Positions 1 to 12,284 of a stretch of DNA of 64,000 nt are shown here, piece after piece. Positions within the stretch are counted from its first letter, which is position 1; the number at the start of each line of letters is the position of its first letter. The notes beneath the pieces are model-generated. The model saw nothing but the letters and a program-made list of their open reading frames with translations, was not told the origin of the DNA and did not search any database. Position numbers and translations under genes: made by a program. This DNA is from Octopus sinensis (taxonomy: Eukaryota), in NCBI RefSeq assembly GCF_006345805.1, contig NC_043008.1:50530001-50594000 (forward strand). The letters run 5' to 3'.

Positions 1-315
1 AGCCAGGTGCTCTTCCTGTTGCTTAACCTTAGTGTTTCTCATGCAAGGGTTTCTTTATTCCACTTGTCCATGCAAAACTCAGAGCTGCAATATCTATTGT
101 TTTTAGGCAGCATAAAAATGAGATTGCCATTTTTGCTCAGACTATCATGCAAAAATGTGGAATGTAAACACACGCACACACACACAAATACATACTTGTT
201 TGACCTGACAGATTAAGTAACTATGAAATTAATTGTGCTTTTTATGTGTTATGTGGTCTGATATTACGCTTTGTTTATACTAGTAAAACATTTATATGGA
301 CTGAAAAAGAATAAT

Positions 316-355
<40 letters not shown>

Positions 356-2436
356 ATTCTCTCTCTATCTCTTTCTTTTAAATGTGAGTAGCCATGTTGC
401 TTCTCTACTACAAGAAAATGTTCTACGCCAACCCCTTCTCGCATATCTTAGCTACCATCTAGCATAAGAACGCATCCCTACTCCTCCTTGGTTTGTAGAC
501 TTGCAAGTTGCATAGTGAATTCACCTGTACCTGTGTCACACAAAAGCACCCAGTACACACCAGAAGTGGTTGGCATTAGGAAGAGCACTCAGCTGTAGAA
601 ACCATGCCAAAGCAGGCACTTAAGCACGATGCAGTCCTTGAATCCATCAAACTGTCCAAACCATACTAGCAAGGTATGTAGACATTAGATGATGAAGATG
701 CTCTGTTAAAACTCTGTATCTATCATGTAAGACCCCTCCATTTTCAAGATATTGGCACATTGTATCTTGACTGTTAGCTATCTTTATTCTGAATGACCCA
801 TGGTGTCTAGAAATTTGGAAAACAAAGAGCAATTGCTTTGCCACTAGTTATTGTGCAACTGGAATGATATTTCACGTTCTCTGGGATTTTATTTCTTCTG
901 TGAAAATAACAGAATTGCATGGTAGTTCATTTTCTTTCACAAATTCTTCACTAATTCCTTTTCTTCTTTAATTATTGAAATTTATTGTTGATATCAAATA
1001 TCAAAGATATATTTAAATAAACTTTTCAATTATAAGCACCAGTTCGAAAGAAAGAGAAAAGGGCACTTGGTTATATGACAGGACTTGACTAATGTATCTG
1101 TTGTTTCCAGGACAACTGCTTTACCAATAATACTACAGAGTGTCTACCATTCTGTTTTTTACTCAGATTAGGTTCTATATATTATACCTGTACTAAAAAA
1201 TATATGTACAAGTATATATAAATACATTATGTGGTTAAAAATGTTTACAACATCATGGTTTCAGGTTCAATCCCATTACACAGCACCCTGGGCAAGTATC
1301 TTCTACTATAGCACCAGGCCAGCTGATATCTGAGTGGATTTGGTTGATGGAAACTTTGGGAAGCCTATCATGCTTGTGTGTGTTATTGATAGATTTTTGA
1401 GAGCTGGGACAATATGAAATTAAGTGATATACTCAAGGATACAATGCTTTGTCTGGTTCAGGAATTGAACCCATAACTGTATGATTATGCGCTGAATACT
1501 CTTAACATTACACCATGTACTTTGACACAATCAAGGAATTCAAAAGGAAAAGAAAACTATCAAATGGAAACTGGGGCTAAATGTGTGTGTTTAAACAAGT
1601 ACAAGTAGAATATTCCTAGCCATGGGGAATATTACCTTGCTTGGAAACAGGTGAAGGTTGACAACAGGAAAGGCATTTGGCTATCGAAAATCTGCCACAA
1701 ATTCTATCAAACCTATGCAAGTATGGAAAAGTGGATGTTCGATGATGATGGTGATGGTGGTGGTGATGTGTGTGAATATGAGACTGTTAGAACCCTTTAG
1801 TATTGTTGAAGACAAGACACCTTTGAATTGCTGGTTGCACAAAAAATGCATCTGGTACACTCTATAAAGTGGTTGGTGTTGGGAAGGGCATCCAACTATA
1901 AAAACCTTACCTAAAACCAAACACAACCAAAATGAAGCCTCCCAGATTCATTTTGGTAAGTAAACCTTTTCAATCGATGCCAAATGGACAATGGACATAA
2001 AACGATGATGATTACAATAACAACAAAGTGGTGGTGGTGGTGATGACAGCAGTATGGGTGCAATGTGTATGTGCAAATATGCATAAATAATGCTGTCCCA
2101 CAGCCTTGCTTGAGCAAACGGTAATATCAACATTCGTATTCCTTGTTGGGATTATTATGATTGGTCACTCTGCACTTTCAAAATGTGTAGGATAAATAAA
2201 ATCCCTTAAGGGCTGACCGACAGGAAGAGCATTTGGCTGTATTAATCTGCTTCAAATACATTCCTGTCCAACTCTCATGCTAGCATGAATGTTAAATGAA
2301 ACAAACCAAGTTGTAGATTTCAAATAGCGGAAACTATTTATGTATGATACTAGAAATATTGAAGTCTCTCTGAGACATTTAGAAATTCAATATTTCTAAT
2401 TTCGGTGACCAGTGAATAGATTTCACTGTAAATATA

Positions 2437-2579
2437 TATATTTGCGAAGGCTTGGCAGGTATCTCAACTAGCAGGACTGGCTACCCCAGACTGATGACGA
2501 GCAATGGACTCAGAAACATGCATGTCTTTAGGTGCTAGCCCTAGCTGGTGGGGGTGCTTGCCTCCCCTTCGCAAATATA
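2437..2579 (+). ncRNA. Minimal type-I hammerhead ribozyme motif at the tip of a long rod-like hairpin (probably degenerate; Penelope/retrozyme-like)
   Basis: CTGATGA 2491-2497. Stem II GAG 2499-2501/CTC 2509-2511, closed by a C-A mismatch instead of G-C. GAAA 2513-2516. Palindromic stem III ACATGCATGT 2516-2525. GTC cleavage triplet 2524-2526. Stem I extends about 50 bp with G-U pairs, ending in a perfect 14-bp pair (2437-2450/2566-2579). Confidence 0.7.
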
Positions 2580-3313
2580 AGGACACAGGAAATGTGTCAA
2601 GGCTGACAGGAAGCCTCGATGCTTCCTAGGGCTAAATAGCAGTGGTGTAATTCCCTTTACGGGACTGTCACGTTATGTTGACAGTATACAACCACTCTAT
2701 TTCTGATACCTAATTTGAGAAAACGAAGTGGCAAACACACTGTAGTTTAGATAATTGATAATGTGCTCAGCTAATGAGTGATAGATTTATGGTTTGAATC
2801 TTGTCATTGGACCTGTTGCCATTGTGTCTCAAACTGGTGCTGTAATGTCATATGTAATTTACATTAAAATCTTAATTCATTTCTTAAAATATTTTAAATG
2901 GCTATTCTTTTGTTGTTGTTTTTTTTTTATTGTTGCTATGTCAACTGTTTTATTTATTATATTTTCTACAGCATCACTTTCATAATTCCATTTTATTTTT
3001 ATATCTTTTGTTTTTGAGATAGTATTAACAACTGATGTAATTCTCATTTCAAAGATCTAAGGAATATTGTTGTTGTCCCCCCCCCACCCCCAATAATTTT
3101 ATTACATTATACTGGGTACTAGACTATATTTCTAGTGAGAAATACCTACTTCTGTTTGTCTTGATCTCCCTCCATTGAAAATATCTATCAATATACTCGA
3201 TATTTACTTTCAATAGAAGCAGTTGAGCAGTTAATGTTAGACGCTTTTCATCATTTGGAAAATGTTGGTTTAATTATAGCAATATATGGTCATGATTAAA
3301 TATAGTAATATAT

Positions 3314-3549
3314 TTAAGGCAACAAGCTGGCAGAAACGTTAGCACGCCGGGCAAAATGCTTAGCGGTATTTCGTCTGCCGCTACGTTCTGCATTCAAATT
3401 CCACCGAGGTCGACTTTGCCTTTCATCCTTTCTGGGTCGATTAAATAAGTACCATTTACACACTGGGGTCGATATAATCAACTTAATCCATTTGTCTGTC
3501 CTTGTTTGTCCTCTCTGTGTTTTAGCCCCTTGTAGATAGTAAAGAAATA
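3314..3549 (+). mobile_element. tRNA-derived SINE family A, tail subtype 2 (…ttagccccttgt.g.tagtaaagaaatag)
   Basis: Head gctggcagaaacgttagcacgccggg, B-box-like ttcaaattcc. TSD gattaaatatagtaatatat at 3294-3313 and 3550-3569. Confidence 0.85.
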
Positions 3550-3580
3550 GATTAAATATAGTAATATATGATGATAGTAA

Positions 3581-3792
3581 GGTGGCAATCTGGCAGAAAT
3601 GTTAGCACACCAAGCCAAATACTTAGCAGTATTTTGTCAGTCTTTACGTTCTGAGTTCAAATTCCGCTGGGGTCGACTTTGCTTTTCATCCTTTTGGCGT
3701 CGATAAATTAAGTACCAGTTGTGTATTGGGGTTGATCTAATCGACTGGCCCCCTCCCCAAAAATTTCGGGCCTTGTGCCTAGAGTAGAAAAG
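3581..3792 (+). mobile_element. SINE family A, tail subtype 1 (…aatttcgggccttgtgcctagagtagaaaag)
   Basis: Same head and core as 3314. TSD aatatatgatg(a/g)tagtaa at 3563-3580 and 3793-3810. Confidence 0.85.
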
Positions 3793-3838
3793 AATATATG
3801 ATGGTAGTAATTCTTATGTTGGTTGGTATTAATATGCT

Positions 3839-4625
3839 TTCTACTATGGGCAGAAGGTCTGAAATTTTTTGTTGGAACAGGCTGGTCAATTATGTCAACC
3901 CCAGTACTTGACTGGTACTTATTTTATTAGTACCAAAAAAGATGAAAGGCAGAGTTGACCTTGGTGATATTTGAACTCAGTATGTGAAGCCAGAAGAAAT
4001 GCCACTAAGCATTTCGTCTGCTAACAATTCTGCTGGATTTCCACCTGAAGTGTTAATGGTTCCTGACATAGGCACAAAACTGAATTTTGACAGAGTGGGA
4101 AGTTGTTGATACGATTGGCCCTAGCCACTAATCAATTCCAAAAGGAGGAAAAGTGAAGTTGACTTTGACAGGGTGAACTAAGAACATAAAAAGTTGTAAC
4201 TAAATATCACAATTTATTTTCTCTGATGCTCTGATACTGTTATTCTTTATTATGTTAGAGAAAATAGAATATTTGGGGTAATTTTACATTTCTCAATGAC
4301 ATTAGTGATAGGCACTGGCATAGCTGTGTGATTAAGAAGCTTTACCTCCCAACCAGGTGGTCTTAGGTTCAGTCCTTTTGTGCAGCACCTTGAGCAAGTG
4401 TCTTCTGCTATAATTGTTCCTATTATAGGCACAAGGCCTGAAATTTGGGGGAGAGGGACAGTCGATTACATTGACCCCAGTGCTCAACTGGTACTTAATT
4501 TATCAACCCCGAAAGGATGAAAAGTAGAGTCAACCTTGGCGGAATTTGAACTCAGAACATAGTGACAGGTGAAATACTGTTAAGCATTTTGTTCAGCGTG
4601 CTAATAATTCTGCCAGCTCACCACC
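3839..4625 (-). mobile_element. Cluster of minus-strand SINE family A copies (about 3839-4046, 4065-4200, 4425-4625) with a family B head fragment
   Basis: Reverse-complement core ccccagt..aactggtactta...gaaaggatgaaaggc..agtcgacct..gaatttgaactcag, repeated. Confidence 0.75.
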
Positions 4626-6263
4626 TTAGTGTCTTCTACTATAATGCCAGGCCAACTAAGTTCTTGAGAGTGAATTTGGTAAACAGAAATTGAAAGCTCA
4701 CCACTGTGTGTGTGTATGTGTATATCTTGTCTAGAATATCACCTGGTGGTTGTAAATGAGCATCACTGTCATACAGGTGAGGTTGTTCATTTCCAGTCTT
4801 CCATGAAAGAAATGTCTAGCTATGGGAAAATATTACCTAGCTTGAAAAGAGGTAAGAGTTGGTGACAGGAAGGGCATCCTACCATGGAAAATTTGACTCC
4901 TGCAAGCGTGGAAAAGTGGACATTAAATGATGATGATGATGATGAGCAAGATTCATGAATGTTCATTTTGGTTTTCATTCCCATAACTTCCCAGTTCACC
5001 TTCACTTGAAAATATACCTTCTAAGAAAAAAATATGTCTGGCACCTCACCCTTTTCTTGATTAATTATTTTGATGCAGGTAAAGGATCTTTAGATTGTTG
5101 AACTTTTTTGTTTTGTTTTGAAAAAAGGCAGATAAATGACTATTTGTGAGACTTAAGTATGATCATTAAAATATTTATTAATTGATTGATCAATATATAT
5201 ATATATGTGTGTGTGTGTGTTTGAATGTGTATGTATGTGTATAGATATGTGTGTGTAATGTAGAGTGGTGGTCTTTGTACGTAGCATCCCTCCCTTCCTG
5301 TTACCTTGACACCAATGAAAAAGTAGTTGGCATGCTTGTCCTTGGCAAGTATGGTGGAAGAATTCACCACCATGATAACTAACAAAAGACTTGAATCCTG
5401 AACATTTCCAGATTCTCTTTTGTTTCTCTTTCTTGCATTATATTCTGCATTTTGCTTCACAAAGGAAATATTTGTCTGCCCAATACTACTACTACTACAA
5501 CGACAACAACCGCAGCAGCTACACTATGTTTTGGAGTTATCTGAAAGCTGGCACTATAGAGGTCCTGGTCTCTACTCCCCATCACACACATTCTCTCTTT
5601 GTCTCTCTCTCTCTCTCTCTCTCTGTTCGTATTTTACTCTGTCACTCTCTCCTTTCTCAATGAGGAGTGATTTCTGTTGCTGTTCCTAAATATAGACTCA
5701 ACCATGCAAGTTCATGAAGTACATATATTTCTGTGTGTACACGTTTGTTGTACTCATCAGATCCATTGTACTCCTCACAATTCCTATTGTATTCATCACT
5801 TTACACTCACCATATCCATCCTCCTTGTACTCATCATCACATTCCTCCTTATACTCACCACATTTTGCTCTAGTTCTGTTTTTGAACATGAAACACGACA
5901 AACTCTGCACAAAGCTTTTTCATCTCATATATTTCAAGGAAACTGAAACTGTCAGCTGATGTTACTTGCAACAGGCTTTCCACATTGCATGACCACCATT
6001 GTGGAAGACCTGTTTAGTTTGAATCTGCTGATTATATTTACTGGACGGAATCAGCCAAACACACTTTGGTTCATTTTTTTTTTTATTCTGTCGCTCTCTC
6101 CTTTCTCAATGAGGAGTGATTCCTGTTGCTATTCCTTAATATAGGAATCATTTAAGAATCTATTTTCTATCAAGGCATGTAATGAACAGGTCTCACAGCA
6201 TTGCAACACCACCACCACCACCATCATTTGTCATCATAAATCAACTGGTATGTGTTGGATGGG

Positions 6264-6475
6264 TGAGCTGGCAGAAACGTTAGCACGCCGGGCGAAATGC
6301 GTAGCTGTTACGTTCTGAGTTCAAATTCCGCCGAGGTCGACTTTGCCTCTCATCCTTTCGGGGTCAATAAATTAAGTACTAGTTATGCACTGGGGTTGAT
6401 ATAATCGACTTAATCCATTTGTCTGTCCTTGTTTATCCTCGCTGTGTTTAGCCCCTTGTGGGTAGTAAAGAAATA
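6264..6475 (+). mobile_element. SINE family A, subtype 2
   Basis: 17-bp TSD ggtatgtgttggatggg at 6247-6263 and 6476-6492. Confidence 0.87.
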
Positions 6476-7249
6476 GGTATGTGTTGGATGGGATCTCAAG
6501 CTCTAAGTCTGATATCATTTAGAGTTAAGCACTCTTTAACAGATCAGAGACTACAGCTTGTTTGTATGTTCCATTTTTAGCATGGTTTCTACAGCTGGAT
6601 GTCCTTCTCAACACCAACCACATTACTAAGTGTATTGTAGTACTAGCATTATATATGTGTGTGTGTGTGTAAAAATAAAATTTCTTTCTTTCTCTTTCAC
6701 ATACATTTCAACATTATCACACACTACTGAGCATCTGTTTTCTCCCATTATGTAGACTGATCATGATTATTTCTCTGACACTGTTAGATTTTGGTAGTTT
6801 CCACTAATTAGTACTACTTAGTCTTGGCTATTTTCAACCTTACAACAATTTGATTTGAGATCCATCTCTCACTTTCTCTCTCTCCACATGCACACACACA
6901 TACACACTACATATGATGGTGTGTAAGATGCACTCTTGCATAAGATAATCCCCTACTTTTTTGTGGAAAACACAAATTTAATGTTTCATCATATACTTAC
7001 GCACTGGATATCCCATCCATAATACAGTTGCATTAGACACAATGCAATTTTATTACATTTAAGAATAAAATGTATCTTATACATCAGCATACACTCTGTG
7101 TGTGTGTGTGTGTGTGCAGGCATGGCTATATTTACTTTGATGAATTGTTTTTTTTTCCCTCCTGTCTTTTTTATTTTTGTTTTTACAGAAAATTCATGAG
7201 TTTTGGATAATAGACTGTTAGAGATGGATAACTTCAGTCAAACTTAGTA

Positions 7250-7258
<9 letters not shown>

Positions 7259-7316
<58 letters not shown>
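7259..7316. repeat. (GA)n microsatellite, about 29 units
   Basis: Direct reading. Confidence 0.95.
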
Positions 7317-7321
<5 letters not shown>

Positions 7322-8652
7322 CATGTGTGTCATGGAGATAGAATATTAAAATATCCGTCAGATTATCTTGGTCAGTCTAATTTTCTATGGGACCATGACA
7401 AATGAATAAACAGTATCAAATGGAAATGTTCTCCATGGTTTGAATGCGAGGGTGTCACATGATCTATACCATTATGTCAGCTGGGATCAGGGAATTAGTG
7501 TTGGTTGCATTCATTATTTGTTCGAAACAAGAAACCTGAGCTTCTGTCATTTTGTTGCAATATTCCAAATATCCTTTCCATAAATTTTAACAGGACAACA
7601 AACAAACAAACAAACAAACAATATGTGGGGGAGTCTTGGAAACGAAACTAAGAAGAAAAAAAAAAAAGAGAAAGAAATACAAATAATATCTAAAGAAAAC
7701 AAAAGAAATACAAAATGAAAAGCATTCTAGGTTTTGAAGCGGCCCTTTGAAGAAAGAACTAATGTTATAAACTTAATAATTATGCTCTTGAGACATAGTC
7801 CCTGGATTTTTAACACACTGACACAGAACTAGACCCCCTTCTTCTTTGATTACTCTTCTGAGATTACATTTGGATTACACAAGATTAAGATTTTCTTTAT
7901 GCATCGTTTAAAAATGTAATAAAGCTACAGCTGAGGCATGAACCCAGCTGCTGACTACATACATATGTACGTACATGTGTGTGTTTGGTCTTTTAGTTGT
8001 TCCAGTCATTAGACTGTGGCCATGCTGGAGTGCCACCTTGAATGAATCACCACCAGTACTAATTTTTAAGTCTGGTACTTATTCTGTTGGTCTCTTTTCC
8101 TGAACCACTAAGTTACAGGAATGTAAACAAGCCAGCACTGGTTATCACATCTACACACACACACACACACACACACAGGTATGCAGTTAGGAAGTTTGCT
8201 TCACAATCATGTGATTTTGGGTTTGGCCCCACTGCACAGCTGTGGGTAAGTGCCTTCCTGAGTAATTGTCTTCTTTTATAGTTCCAAAGCACTGAATGAA
8301 TGCTTTATGAGAGAATTTGGTGCACAAAAATTATAGAGAGTGTTTCATTGTGTGTGAATGTAATTGTATGTTGATATTCCTTGTTGGCATTGCAATTGGT
8401 TACTCTACACTTTCAAAGACCTGATATGGCATTGAGGTCAATCTGGTCACCCCCCATTAATTGGGACAAAATCCAGATTTAAAACACTAGATGATGATGA
8501 TGATGATGATGATGATGAATAAAAACATTCCTTATATGAAAAACAGGTAAGGGTTGACAACATGAAGGGCATCTGGCTGTAAAATCCTGCCTGAAATAAT
8601 TCTTCATTCAGCCTAATGGTAACATGGAAAAACAGGCATTACAAGAACCATA

Positions 8653-8701
<49 letters not shown>

Positions 8702-9131
8702 ATCTTGTCACAAGATTATAAAAATAACAGTATTTTGTCAGCTATGACATTAATATATTTATCAATGTACTTATCAAAATAGGTGGACCTAAAGCTAGCT
8801 CGGGGCAGGGGTAGAGGTTATTCTGCTAAAGAAACTAAGGGTTTATTAAGTCACTGTATCACAGATGGCTTATACTTTTGTTGCCATGTCTGCGCCAGTC
8901 TATTTGGCCTAGATTTACAAAACTTAAACAATCAGAATGTACTCTTCTTATAGTACTTCGCTTTGATCATAAACAGTCCTATTAAGGAGAAATTATTTCT
9001 CTGTTGGGGGATTTTCTAGCAGATCAGTGGCTTTTTCCAGTTGCATTTGCCATCAAAGTGTACTTTTAATCCATTTGATACCAACCTGCCCAAGACCCCT
9101 GTTTTTTTTTGAGTGGTACAGATTTCCTGTT

Positions 9132-9362
9132 TTAACCCTTTTGATACCAAGCCGGCTGAAACCACCTCTGGCTCTGTAGTACAAATGTCTTGTTTTACAC
9201 AAGTTTTGAATTGAAATCTCCCACCAAACCTTAGTCACAATTTATGTTCCTAACATTAGCTTAATGATAACTAAGTTATATTACTAAATCCTTTGTTATA
9301 TTTAAAATTAATTGAAAGAAACACAGAGCATCCCAACAGAAATATGGTAACAAAAGAGTTAA
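9132..9362. mobile_element. piggyBac-type MITE with TTAA TSDs
   Basis: TTAA|ccctttt gatacca ... tggtaacaaaagag|TTAA, imperfect TIRs. A truncated second 5' end lies at about 9066. Confidence 0.7.
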
Positions 9363-11030
9363 AGTTATTTAACTTAAAATTCTCTATTAAAACTTCATAT
9401 TAATTTATGTTCCAAACATAAATTTTGCTATATTCAATATTTTTGAAATCAGTTGAAACAAACGGTTGTATTTTGAGAAAAATATAAATACCAATAGGTT
9501 TGATAGGGATGTGTGTCTGTTTCTTTCAATTTGTTCACAAGAGTCATTCCCAGAGCTACCTTGTACACACTGTAAAATGATTGGTAAATGAGCAGAGAAG
9601 TGCAGAGTTGTGAAGTCCCTTTAATCCTGTGTAGCTAAGTACTATTCAGCCTCTCTAGTGTTGGTGTCCCCGGTACACTCTGCAAGGTGGTTAGTAATAG
9701 AAAGGACTTCCAGTTATAGAAACCAAACCAAATGACACACTTGAGCACCAGACTTTGGGAGCAGTGGCTCCTATTAAATGATACGGATCATGACAACCCA
9801 TCCCAGCATGAGGGGCGAGTCCAAATTATGAACTGAGCCAATGATTTTGAACTGAAATATTTATTGACTTGACACAAAACTTGAAATCAGGAAAGTGGCG
9901 AGGTTCTGTAGTCCACTCTGATTTTAAAGACAAGAGCAAGATTACTGACAACATACACTCATAAGTATTGTTGAAGAAATATAAATGTTAGTACTTTCAT
10001 AACTTCCTTGGATTCTTTGTGCCAAAAGGAGGGGGGAAAGAGAAAGATGGGGGAGATGTCCTTCAAAAACAGGTAAGGGTTGACAAGAAGTCTATCCAGC
10101 AGTAAAAATCCTATCTCAGAATTCATTTGCTAGCATGGATAACAGACATTAAAAGAAACAAATATGCATATATGAGTAAACACACACACACATATACACA
10201 ATTACTATGTTACTGAATTAATTGATGAGATCTTCTAGATCATGGTTCACTTGGGAGCTGTGCTCCATCATATTGAACAACACAGTAAGAAGAAATTTGT
10301 AAATGCAATACTGAAACCAGATAAAAATAGCACAGTTTGGTTTTTAAATCTTTCTCTCCTTCCTCCCACAATGTAAATGATGTCGGGAGCTCAACACTGA
10401 CCAGTCCACTCTCACTACTGGCCCCTACTTGTGACAGTGTCTTCAATTACTCGCATACATTGCCAATATTTAGATATCTTGTTGCGTCAATTGGTGCTAG
10501 TGTTCACTTATCATCACCTGCAGCCAGATAATCTAATTTGTTCTGTGGCATCTGATATTTGTCTTCATATGTTTCTAGTGCTGTGTGATCTGTTACATCT
10601 AATTCTATCATGTTCCAGTCCATTTCTTCAAAGCCATATTCTATGTCTGCAATTGTAAATGTGCTAATAGCAGTGATAATGCTTTTGCTGCTCAGAATTC
10701 TTCTTTCTCGTTTTCATAGGTCTCTCTCTCTCTCTCACTTTTGTTCTTTCATCTATGTTTAATTACCTATAATAAAAAGCAGCGTTATCCATCTCCTGTA
10801 TTATCTCCATTTCTATAGAGCTACAAATCATCGGTTTGACTCGTTACTTTACTATGTTACTCTGTCTCCTGTATTGTCAACTTCCTATGATTGCCAAGGC
10901 CAAATGATAATTTAATGTCCTCACTAAATCTCCCAGCAATACTGAAGAGATTTTACAAGCTGTCAACTATTCAACTGTGTGCCATTTTAGGTCATCCAAG
11001 AGGATGAAGGGGTGGAGTATTTGAACCTAA

Positions 11031-11070
<40 letters not shown>

Positions 11071-11473
11071 CCCCCTCTCTCTCACACGACATAAGAGTGC
11101 TAGATATGGTACAGAAGTGTTATCACTTGAAAATATATCACTAGATATTTTAGGTGAGACTAAAATTCAGAGTAGTTACTATCTAACACTTCATCATCTT
11201 CGTCCTCCTCACCTTTGTTATTCAAAGAGCAGGGAATAGCAGAATTGGTTAGTGTTGACGGTGGGGTAGGGTGGATTGGGGAATGCAGTGTCGTAATTTG
11301 TTACATCTCTTTACATCTTGTGATCAAATCCCACCAAATTCATCTTTAATTTTCATCCCTCTAGGGCTGGTAAAACAAGAAAAAATTGCAGTTGCCAATC
11401 AAGTAGTGGAGGGGGTTTGATCACCTATACCCATCCCTCAGCGTGTGTAGCTTTGGACCATTGTTAAAAATCA

Positions 11474-11745
11474 TTATGATCGAGGCAATGAGCTGGTGGA
11501 ATCCTTAGCATACTGGACAAAATGCTTATTATGGGTTTTATGCCTATATCGGAAACTGTTGTTGTTGTTAACTGGCAGAATCCTTAGCATGCTGGACAAA
11601 ATGCTTAGCATTTCATTCACCTTTACGTTCCAGTTCAAATTCTGCCAAGGTAGACTTTGCTTTTCTTCCTTTTGTGGTCGAGTTGAAAACTGGAGTTGAT
11701 CTAATTGACTTATCCCCACCCTCAAAATTTCAGGCCTTGTACCAA
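11474..11745 (+). mobile_element. SINE family A with duplicated head
   Basis: Head segment tgg..gaatccttagcat.ctggacaaaatgctta occurs at about 11495 and 11573, followed by core and subtype-1 tail. Confidence 0.7.
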
Positions 11746-12284
11746 TAACAAAAAAGGGTTATTGTTGTTATTGTTATTGAGTGGTGGGCTGGCAGAATCA
11801 TTAGCACACTTGTAGTATTATAATTTCGTACATAGACATGCAGTCACATATACATGTTAGCGTACACATGCACACCCACTCTCACAAATGTATGCACCCT
11901 TCTACACTATTGTTGTACATCAGTTGCTTATATGTTGTTCAAGAAGTCAGTGGAGACAGAAGCATATAAACATAGACAATTGGGAGTTTCTATGAATGAG
12001 TCACAAACTAATTTGGTGAATGAGTGTGACAGAGACTATTCCAAGTAGAATGAATGAAAGGATAAACTTTTGAACTAAGCTATACGGTTGTAATGACTAT
12101 TCAATCCTTTACTATTCAAATTCCTCCCTCAAATGTAATGCTTATTTATTCATATTGTTTTGAATCAATCAAACATTTATTTGTAGCTCTCAGATTTCTA
12201 TGATGTGATTGTTTAATTTTAGAATAACATTGTAGGGTAGGTGTGAGAGCTCAAATCCGTTTTGGTTTGGACATAAAGCATGAG

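Noticed and set aside
5715-5765. Minus-strand CTGATGAGTAC...GAAA resembling a hammerhead core
   Set aside because: It is part of a gatgagtacaa minisatellite; extra bases lie before GAAA and stems I and III are poor.
5140-5960. Cluster of overlapping 70-106 aa ORFs
   Set aside because: Low-complexity translations with no recognisable domain and no splice pattern fitting the CRTC phase.
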